Assembly (NCBI RefSeq): GCF_006345805.1
Contig: NW_021828117.1
Span: 1-9,010 of the forward strand
Source of the DNA: Octopus sinensis
Lineage: Eukaryota
Direction: 5' to 3'
Length of the DNA stretch: 9,010 nucleotides
Made by a program: the position numbers and the translations under genes. Shown one piece after another: positions 1 to 7,988 of this stretch (the first letter of the stretch is position 1; each line of letters begins with the position of its first letter). The notes beneath the pieces are model-generated. The model was not told the DNA's origin, did no database searches, and was given only the letters and a program-made list of their open reading frames with translations.

Positions 1-118
1 ACGTAAATACAGATAAGCACATATTGCATGTATATAAAATTATCCTATATGACCGTAGCCACATACACACATACACGCATGTATACATACATGCACACAC
101 ATACATACACACACAGAA
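1..118. repeat. Degenerate (CA)/(TA)/(TACA) microsatellite region
   Basis: Mixed ACACAC, TATATA and TACATACA runs are visible directly. Confidence 0.7.
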
Positions 119-154
119 ATAGAAGTTTAAAAAGATTTATTTTAGGTGCAGGAG

Positions 155-165
155 TGGCTGTGTGG
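155..165 (+). promoter_or_regulatory. Pol III A-box-like motif of SINE copy 1
   Basis: TGGCTGTGTGG resembles TRGCNNARYGG and sits 10 nt from the element start. Confidence 0.7.
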
Positions 166-197
166 TAAGTAGCTTGCTTACCAACCATGTGGTTCCG

Positions 198-208
198 GGT
201 TCATTCCC
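198..208 (+). promoter_or_regulatory. Pol III B-box-like motif of SINE copy 1
   Basis: GGTTCATTCCC resembles GGTTCRANNCC, at tRNA-like spacing from the A box. Confidence 0.7.
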
Positions 209-756
209 ACTGCGTGGCACCTTGGGCAAGTGTCTTCTACTATAGCCTCGGGCCGACCAAAGCCTTGTGAGTGGATTTGGTAGACGGAAACTGAAAGAAG
301 CCCGTCGTATATATATATGTATATGCGTGTGCGTGTACCAGAGAAGTATGTGAATGTTTGTATCTGTGATTATTTCGTACCGTATTTACATCTAAAATAC
401 TACAATTAGCCGTCATTTTTGACGGCACGTGGCCAGCTAGTTTATTAACAAGAAGCACTGAAATTAATGCATGCAAGATTTCTCAGCTCTAGCATCACTC
501 TTGCATTGTCAGCCTATGAAATTTTATTCATTTAATTGGCCACAAGGGCCTTACAAAGAAAGGAAGCTGCGGGCTGGACACGGACATAATGAGATGGAAT
601 CATTAACGATATGATAATAATGAGGGCAACAGCAATGCCCGCCGATTGCTGTATACCCAAGCACATTGTTTTTTTATAAAACCTTTTGAGGTAACAAACC
701 TCTAGCCTATGAACTTATCACCCGACTCTCGTATGCCAGTTTCTAGAACTGACACG

Positions 757-767
757 TGTACTCGCAG
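757..767. repeat. Putative target-site duplication, left copy (TGTACTCGCAG)
   Basis: Matches 1843-1853 (TGAACTCGCAG) at 10/11 positions and directly abuts the RTE 3' tail. Confidence 0.7.
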
Positions 768-1425
768 TACTACTTGTACTTGTGACGGCGTTCACCCAGG
801 GCGGGTTGAGCCGGCTTCTTCTCTGGTTCTATAACGGCATCACGAACCAGGGCGGCCCACGCTCGACGGTCCTGTGCGAGGTCACTGGTGATAGCGCGCC
901 ATTCGCGGTTCCATCTGTCCAGACTGACCACCTGCGGACCTGAGAGTTCGGAGTGGTCCTCCTTTATCGTCGTTGCCCAGGTCTTCAGCTGTCCGCCTGT
1001 GCGTTTACGCCAGCTGGGAAGTTGAGGTGGGAGGAGGACATTACGAATCAGCTCACCCTCTGGCCGCATGACCGAACCAGCTTAAGCGCCGTTGTAGAAG
1101 CACCGAAGAGAGGGGCCGGAGATTCCGCCGATGACGAAGACCGGCTGTAGGAACCCGATCAATGCGTCGGCGGCGAAGAAAGCGGCGGTGACAGTCATTG
1201 TCGAACGCCTCCAGCCTTCGCTGATCGACTACCCTCATAGGCCATGATTCTCAACCATGGAGGAGGATAGTACGAACGACGACCTGGTAGATTCGCCCTT
1301 TGGTCACCGAGGAGATCTTTCTTCTGTCCCACAGGCACCGCCGGAGGCGCACGAATGCTGGCAACACCTATGCGACGCTCGACCTCGGCTGCGCCCTGGC
1401 CCTTTGGAACCACCGTTGAACCGTG
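768..1425 (-). mobile_element. 5'-truncated RTE-clade non-LTR retrotransposon (LINE) 3' fragment with (CAAGTA)n tail
   Basis: The minus strand encodes the post-RT C-terminal region typical of RTE LINEs, with motifs GS...RI..A, KGRIY..VVRTILL.G.ESW, RRL.WFGHAAR, GGQLKTW and DLAQDRRAW. It ends in CAAGTACAAGTAGTA (768-782). GC-rich relative to its flanks. Confidence 0.92.
770..1422 (-). pseudogene. Disrupted RTE ORF C-terminus (reverse transcriptase polyprotein remnant)
   Basis: Stitched reading: GSTVVPKGQGAAEVERRIGVA / AFVRLRRCLWDRRKISSVTKGRIYQVVVRTILLHG*ESWPMRVVDQRRLEAFDNDCHRRFLRRRRIDRVPTAGLRHRRNLRPLSSVLLQRRLSWFGHAA / RPEGELIRNVLLPPQLPSWRKRTGGQLKTWATTIKEDHSELSGPQVVSLDRWNREWRAITSDLAQDRRAWAALVRDAV. 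Frameshifts at ~1359 and ~1062, and an in-frame TGA at 1253-1251. A probable third shift near 830 gives EEAGSTRPG* (TGA at 794-792). Confidence 0.88.
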
Positions 1426-1842
1426 TTTCTCTTTCTCTTTCTCTTTCTCTTTTACTTGTTTCAGTCATTTGACTGCGGCCATGCTGGAGCACCGCCTTTA
1501 ATCGAGCAACTCGACCCCGGGACTTATTCTTTGTAAGCCCAGTACTTATTCTATCGGTCTCTTTTTTGCCGAACCGCTAAGTGACGGGGACGTAAACACC
1601 AGCATCGGTTGTCAAGCGATGCTAGGGGACAAACACAAACACACAAACACGCACATATACATATATATATACATATATACGACAGGCTTCTTTCAGTTTC
1701 CGTCTACCAAATCCACTCACAAGGCATTGGTCGGCCCGGGGCTATAGCAGAAGACACTTGCCCAAGATGCCACGCAGTGGGACTGAACCCGGAACCATGT
1801 GGTTGGTTAGCAAGCTACTTACCACACAGCCACTCCTGCGCC
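1426..1842 (-). mobile_element. Full-length tRNA-derived SINE (octopus type): tRNA head, CORE-like body, internal microsatellite, 3' domain, (GAGAAA)4 tail
   Basis: The minus strand starts GGCGCAGGAGTGGCTGTGTGG and the head is ~94% identical to 144-306. Internal (TA)/(TG) tract at ~1628-1680. The 3' end AAAGGCGGTGCTCCAGCATGGCCGCAGTCAAATGACTGAAACAAGTAAAAG matches 4984-5035 at 48/52. Tail (TTTCTC)4 on + at 1426-1449. Confidence 0.93.
1779..1832 (-). promoter_or_regulatory. Pol III internal promoter of SINE copy 2 (A box 1832-1822, B box 1789-1779)
   Basis: TGGCTGTGTGG and GGTTCAGTCCC on the minus strand. Confidence 0.7.
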
Positions 1843-1853
1843 TGAACTCGCAG
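1843..1853. repeat. Putative target-site duplication, right copy (TGAACTCGCAG)
   Basis: Directly abuts the SINE 5' end. 10/11 match to 757-767. Confidence 0.7.
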
Positions 1854-2039
1854 AATCAGCAGTCGTTCAATTTGGGTTTACAGTTTTTTCCAAATCTATT
1901 AACTTTACTAAGTGCAATGAAGTGATGCTGGTCACTTATAGCAGTTAGCAAAGATCATGCGAATAATGTGGTAATTAATACAACCCTCATTAATTATCTT
2001 AAATGTCTGTCTGTTCTCTCCAAGCTATTCTCAGCATCC

Positions 2040-2970
2040 ATTGACTGAACCTTGATTGCTACTGTTTATGCATTTGTTAATGTTTATCTACATTTTGCTA
2101 TTATTAATGCTTCTACTAGGTTTTGTGGAAATCTTTATGATATGGTTGCTTTATCAGCTAATAATTTTTTTCTTATATAGTTTTATTCCGCGTACCGTAT
2201 AGTAAAACGCTGTAATGGTTCTTTGTAAACGCTTGGTCAGCAGTCTTACTTGTGTGTCCAGTGTAACAGTTTGAGTCAGGGAGTTTATATCTTTCATGTT
2301 TACATTGGAACTTGTATATTATATTGGTTGTTGGATGTAAGTTTTATGACTAGCAGCTCCGTGATTACATGTTGATGAGAAGGTTTTTAACGCCAGAGCT
2401 TTTTGTAATATATTCTAAATGTTATTTTCTGGTTAGGTGCGATACAATTTACGCTCTTGTTTTATGAGTTTCCTTGGGATTGTTTTCATCCAATCTGTAA
2501 CCATGGCGTATTTGTTTTATGCAGTATATTATATGTATGTCGTTTGTATTTGTGAATTATATCTTTTGCAAGTGTTCTTGTGTGGGCAAGTTTGTTCTTT
2601 TATTGTTCTATAGCTCGGTCTACTGAAGCATTCAACTATCAGTTATTCATTAGTTCTTGTAGGATTCTATTGATTCCATTTTCTAAAGCGTCTTTTGTAA
2701 GTGAAATTTTAAAAGCTCGTCTCAGAAGTGATTTTACGACACATTTTTATTATCAATATGGACACTTGCTTTGCTTGTGCACACGTAAGCATTTGTTGTT
2801 GGTTTATCGTATATGAAAATGAGCTGTTAAGACTTGCTACTTATTCCTTCGTGTATATCTAAAACCTGGCCGCTTGTGTCATCTGAATTTGTATTAGATC
2901 TACGTTGAATGGAAAACTTGAGAATTAGAATTAATATTTTTAAAATGTTCTCAAAGTCTCTCTGTCTGCT
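2040..2970 (-). mobile_element. Decayed Penelope-like element (PLE): RT C-terminus/thumb plus GIY-YIG endonuclease remnant
   Basis: Colinear minus-strand motifs across frames: ILKFSIQ; VLDI; IYDKPT (2814-2797); SKCP; KCVVKSLLRRAFKIS (~2746-2700); INRILQELMNN (decayed NNGY); GYRLDE; VNCIAPNQKITFRIYYK (~2413-2402); TNIIYKFQC (2328-2302); YTGHTSK (2265-2245); LTKRLQ (2240-2223); LVEALII (2119-2099). The order fits PLE RT-thumb-GIY-YIG. There are many stops and frameshifts, and the boundaries are approximate. Confidence 0.82.
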
Positions 2971-3297
2971 CCGATGCTTCTCTTATATGAATCCATAAAG
3001 GTTACGAGGAGATATACCAGAATACTGTCTGTGTGAAAATTATTCTCAGTTAATTGAAAATTCCCTTTTAGTTGGAGAAAGCAAACAAAAACCTAGCGGT
3101 AATTGTTAGTGACGCCAAAAGACAAAGGGAAAAAGGATTTCAACAAATTAGGAAATTAGTAATTTATATGCTTCAAAGAAAACATGATCTGTGCTAGTCA
3201 GAAAGGCGTGTAATAAAAACTGTGTACATTAAAATGATATTTATCTCTCATTGGATGGAATATGTTTTTTTTTATTCTACGTTAACGGAACAGTAAA

Positions 3298-3339
3298 CTA
3301 TATATATATTATATATTATTATATATATATATATATATG

Positions 3340-3371
<32 letters not shown>

Positions 3372-3599
3372 TATTTATACATATATATACATACATATAT
3401 ATACACATATAAAACATACATACATACATCTACATACATACGTACATATTTATATATATATATATATTATATATATATATATATATGTGTATATATATAT
3501 ATGTGTATATATATATATATGTGTATATATATATATGTGTATATATATATTATATCTATATATATATATTATGTATACATATATACATATATACATATT
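3298..3599. repeat. Long compound (TA)n-dominated microsatellite
   Basis: About 300 nt of TA repeats with TACA and GTGT interruptions. Confidence 0.95.
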
Positions 3600-4140
3600 A
3601 AAATGAAAAAATGTATAGTAAATGCACAAACGAAAACAGACACAGCATAGCAAATTACAAAAAAAAAAACATACATTAAATGCGCAGACGAACGGAAACC
3701 AGACAAAGGTCCCTAATTCCTCATCCGTTATCGACCAGACGGTAATTATGCAATTTCGTGCCTTTAACGAAATACGTAAACACACGTGCTTTCAATACAT
3801 ATCTAAGTGTCTGCTGAAAATAAGAGAACAATTGTTGCGTTGATGATGCCTACTAAGGCAGAAACCTGTGCTTGTGTCTTCTTTTCTTTCGACAACAGAC
3901 TGTCTCTTCTTCAATGGCACGTCAGTTTTGCAGAATCCTTCATTCTTGAAAATATCTCCTCTTCTCATTTCGTGTTGGTACCAATCGCTATTACGGGATG
4001 CTCTATCTTCCTTCGAAACGTAGATAATTGCATTAAGACAAAAATTTATATTGAATGTCATTTAAAAAACTTTCTTGGCCTCTCTTGTCCAAATAATTGT
4101 CATTCTCATTAATTTCTCTCAGCTCATTTACAATTCATTT

Positions 4141-4274
4141 ATATAAATATGTATGAGTGTTAGTGTTAGTGTGTGTGTGTGTGTGTGTATATACGTATAA
4201 TATATACATTATAGACAAACATGCATGCATCATATATATATATATATATAATAGATATATATATTATTATATAT

Positions 4275-4307
<33 letters not shown>

Positions 4308-4362
4308 ATGATATATATGTACATAATGTATATGTATCTGTCCATCCGTCCGTCCGTCCGTC
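4141..4362. repeat. Compound microsatellite: (GT)n, degenerate (TA)n, (TCCG)4
   Basis: (GT)n at ~4169-4188, TA-rich to ~4335, (TCCG)4 at 4345-4360. Confidence 0.9.
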
Positions 4363-4740
4363 TAACTGTCGCGTCTTTATTTTAACGCCATCTTAGATTT
4401 AGAGAATACAAAGTTATCAGACATTTTAATTGTCTGAAGACACATGTTTCTGCCATAATACTCGTCATTAGCACAGCTGTTGCCTTACTTTATCTTCACA
4501 CCTTCTGTTTGATAGTCTCGACTTTATTTTAATGGCATGGTTGATTCTGATTTCGAGTTCGTACTATTCTTAATAATCTTATTGCGTTGCTTCCTTTGGA
4601 AACGGAGATAATTGTGTGAAACGAGAATTCATCCTTTATGATATTTCATGAACCTTCATTCATCTTCATTATGTAAAAATATGCCACTGGCAAACCTCAC
4701 TTATTTCTTTTAGATCATTTATTTCACTTTCACTTGCACG

Positions 4741-4980
4741 TATACATACATACATACATACATACATACATACATACATACATACATACGTATACACATA
4801 CATATATACATACATACATACATACATACATACGTATACACACATACATACATGTACACATATAAACATATATATATATAATCTATGTATGTAAGTATAT
4901 ATATGCATGTATGTATATATATATGTATGTATATATATATATATACATATATATGCATGTATGTATATAATAATATATAT
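4741..4980. repeat. (TACA)11 grading into degenerate TACA/TA microsatellite
   Basis: Perfect (TACA)11 at 4743-4786, followed by interrupted units. Confidence 0.95.
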
Positions 4981-4982
4981 TT

Positions 4983-5046
4983 AAAAGGCGGTGCTCCAAC
5001 GTGACCACAGTCAAATGACTGAAACAAGTAAAAGAATAAAAGAATA
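4983..5046 (+). mobile_element. Isolated SINE 3'-end fragment (heavily 5'-truncated copy) with (AAAAGAAT)2 tail
   Basis: 4984-5035 matches the 3' end of the SINE at 1448-1499 (reverse complement) at 48/52, and all four differences are transitions. A possible TSD AATATATAT (4972-4980 / 5043-5051) is weak because of low complexity. Confidence 0.88.
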
Positions 5047-5395
5047 TATATGTACATACACATATATGTTTATGTATTTACACATACATACGTACATACA
5101 TACATACGTACATACATACATACGTACATACATACATACAAACATACACACACAAATTCACACACACACACACACACGCACATATACATACATATATATA
5201 CGTACATGTATATGTTTGCTTCTTTGCATACATATATCTGTGTGTGTGTGTGCATGTGGTTGTTCAGAAACACACACACACACACACACACACACATGCA
5301 CAAACACACACACACACACAACAACACACACGCACACACACACACTAATATAACTACAAAGATGCACATATATCTACAAACAACTCCCACATAAA
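5047..5395. repeat. Compound (TACA)n/(CA)n/(GT)n microsatellite
   Basis: Directly visible. Includes three TACG(TACA)3 units at 5089-5136. Confidence 0.92.
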
Positions 5396-5738
5396 AAAAA
5401 ACATAATAAAAATATTAACCATTAATCAAGGTTGTTTCTGGTTGAAAGCCACACAATGCAAGATCGATGCTAACAAAGGTTTTTATAACGCCCTTCCCCC
5501 GACTGTCCCCTTCTTTGCATCTCCATTGTCTGTGTTTTTCCCTAGTCAGGTATCATGGCAGAACATTATAATCTCCTTATAAGGCCAGAAATTGTCTTCA
5601 GCTGCTCATTTCACATCACTTTTTTTTCGCTTTTCAAGTAATGTCCAAGTTGTAAACATTCGCCCCCATTCTTTCCCACTCGCACCTCTCGATATGGTCT
5701 TGAGCACAGATTTACATACAAACGGACATATGTATGCC

Positions 5739-5740
<2 letters not shown>

Positions 5741-5770
<30 letters not shown>

Positions 5771-5787
5771 CATTGTGTGTGTGTGTA
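5741..5787. repeat. (TACA)n followed by short (GT)n
   Basis: Directly visible. Confidence 0.85.
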
Positions 5788-5902
5788 CAGATACTAAAAC
5801 ACCAATTAACCCACTGAATTACGTTGAGTTCGTCCACTGCTTTATTCTCAATAAGTAATACTAAATAAATTAGTAAATAAATCTATAGATAATCATATAC
5901 TA

Positions 5903-5956
5903 ACACACAATCACACACACACACACACACATATATATATACATGTACACACAACG

Positions 5957-6029
<73 letters not shown>

Positions 6030-6030
6030 C

Positions 6031-6068
<38 letters not shown>

Positions 6069-6088
6069 AATATATATATATATATATA
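5903..6088. repeat. Compound microsatellite (CA)n-(TATC)18-(TC)n-(TA)n
   Basis: Perfect (TATC)18 at 5957-6028, (TC)n at 6029-6068 with one interruption, (TA)n at ~6070-6088. Confidence 0.95.
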
Positions 6089-6201
6089 ATAATTTACAAG
6101 ATAGGGCAGAAGAAAATTCTAATTTTACCTTTAAAGGCATTTTTTGATATGCTAGCCATTGATAAAAAATTTTTTTCCCGAAAAAATGTTTATCCTATAT
6201 C

Positions 6202-6205
<4 letters not shown>

Positions 6206-6288
<83 letters not shown>

Positions 6289-6302
6289 TATATGCATATA
6301 CT

Positions 6303-6345
<43 letters not shown>

Positions 6346-6354
6346 TATATATAT
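6206..6354. repeat. (TA)n microsatellite
   Basis: About 150 nt of nearly pure TA with few interruptions. Confidence 0.95.
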
Positions 6355-6707
6355 ACGGTTAAGCATTAGTAATTATTGCATGGATTTACATAATTTTTTT
6401 TATAAGTACAAACACGTTTTAATTGTAGAAATGTGTCCACTATCTATTGAATCAATCAAAGCCTTTAATAAGTTATGTAAACCACTGCCTTCATCCTTTC
6501 GCGTGTTTACTATTATACGTTGTGATAATGGCACCAACTCATTAATTGGGGTATTTTCTCGGATTTACAGTTTATATATGGAATGCCATATGGATTAAAT
6601 TAATATAGATTCTGATTTTTTTCCCCTTTGACGTTCTATTTTGCCTTATTTTTCGCATGATCTGGTTTAGATATTCACCTGGATTTCTTTAAATTCTTAG
6701 TTCTCTC

Positions 6708-6794
6708 ACCACACACTCGCGCACACACAAATAGAGGCACACAGACAGACAGACACACACACACACACATACATACACTTACACTCACTCACAC
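6708..6794. repeat. Degenerate (CA)n/(CAGA)/(CACT) microsatellite
   Basis: Directly visible. Confidence 0.8.
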
Positions 6795-7988
6795 GCCAGA
6801 AGTTCCTCGAGACCCTACTTCTTTTGGAAATATTTTTTGTTTTTTAATCAACTGCTGCACCGGAACATTATTGCTCTTTCTCGTTGTTGTTGATTCCATA
6901 TTTATTTTTGCTTTCGAGCTATCTCTTTTACGTTTAAATAAACGACACAGTGTAATATACAAATCCTTATATACGCACAGAAGACACACATGCACAAACT
7001 AAAGACGGAATGAGAAAGAGAAGAAAAAAGATAAATAAATAAAAGACACAAAAACAAATAATGTATTAATAAAAAATCCACATATATGAACACGGAATAC
7101 ACACAATAAACACACTACACACGCTCACCCACACAAATTCATGCGCTGAAAGAGATTCATACAACACAAGGACAAAGTGGAATAAGCAACACAAAAGTAG
7201 ACACATAGGACAGAAAGTCACTGATGAGATCACAGAATGTGTGATGAAAAAACTTGGACAGGCGTAAAAACTAAAAATAATATGAATAAAGTGAAGATAA
7301 CCAGTGCGTGTGTTCAATTGGTTAAAAAAGTGACCTTCCCTAAGTCTACGTAGCATCTATTACTACACAAACTACACCGACAAAGATGTCTAATTGTGGT
7401 GGGAGATCTGATATTTTAACTTTCACCAGACACTGGCGAAGGTATATGGGATGGATCAATAGATCCTATTATGTGCATGGGTGAATAGAGTGTCCTTAAG
7501 CTCAGCCTTCAGTGAGGGATCTTACTTCCAGAGGCCACATTGCCTGGCTCAAATCTGGAAGTCTTTGTCGCTCCGTACTCCTCTTAAACGTTTTCCCATT
7601 GGAATACATGTGGAATTAAAAACCCGCAGGTTTTCGGTTTTAAATGGATACATATCGCTTTATAACAGCTCAGTTAAGAAACTGCAAGCTAAGCTCTCCA
7701 GTTCCTTCTGCTGACGAATTTCTTCAGCATCTTTCTAGTCCCTGCCTTCGTTTTTCCATGGAAACTTGTTGACGGAACCTTGACATTCCAGCAAAGAATC
7801 ATCTCCCACTTTTATCCTGTTCTTGTGGAAACGTTTATATTGCTGTCGTTGATGTGTTGTTATGCTATTCTTGTTGATGTATGTGGTAGTAATGAAGTTT
7901 CTCGAAGCTACATTGGACATGGTGGTGACAATGCTTGTGGGGGCGTCAGAAGTGATAGAAATCGTGGTTGCGAAGGCGGTGTGTTTTT

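Larger units (their letters stand above)
145..336 (+). mobile_element. tRNA-derived SINE (octopus type), head-only copy ending in its internal (TA)/(TG) microsatellite
   Basis: Starts GGTGCAGGAGTGGCTGTGTGG and has A- and B-box-like motifs plus the CORE-like motif CCTTGGGCAAGT (220-231). 144-306 aligns without gaps to the reverse complement of 1681-1843 with 10 mismatches in 163 nt (hand count). It lacks the 3' half present in the second copy. Confidence 0.92.

Noticed and set aside
145-215. SINE head as a true tRNA gene
   Set aside because: It has A and B boxes but no convincing acceptor stem or cloverleaf, and it continues into the SINE body.
240-476. 78-aa minus ORF, and likewise 1609-1845 (+)
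   Set aside because: These are antisense readings of SINE copies that often appear as spurious predicted proteins.
409-702. Short hairpins GCCGTCA-TTTT-TGACGGC (409-426), ACAGCAAT...ATTGCTGT (629-652) and GAGGT...ACCTC (688-702)
   Set aside because: Stems of 5-8 bp are expected by chance in 9 kb. I saw no matching termini or TSD to support a MITE.
953-1492. ORFs 953-1150 (+), 1257-1472 (+) and 1304-1492 (-)
   Set aside because: Antisense or off-frame readings of the GC-rich RTE fragment and the SINE tail.
4695-4713. Acceptor-like CCTCAC...TTATTTCTTTTAG (+)
   Set aside because: It runs into a (TACA)n array within 30 nt with no donor, and the putative branch point is very close to the AG.
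6787-6930. Minus-strand exon candidate (RDSSKAKINMEST...SRGTSG) ending at GTGAGT
   Set aside because: The donor motif is part of a CACT/CA microsatellite, the acceptor is weak, and the peptide is not recognisable.
7221-7249. Hammerhead-like core CTGATGA-G-ATCACA/GAATG/TGTGAT-GAAA
   Set aside because: The core and a 6-bp stem II are present, but there is an unpaired extra G. GAAA is followed by AAAC with no stem III, and I found no properly placed NUH cleavage site or stem I partner. An Infernal search with hammerhead models would settle it.
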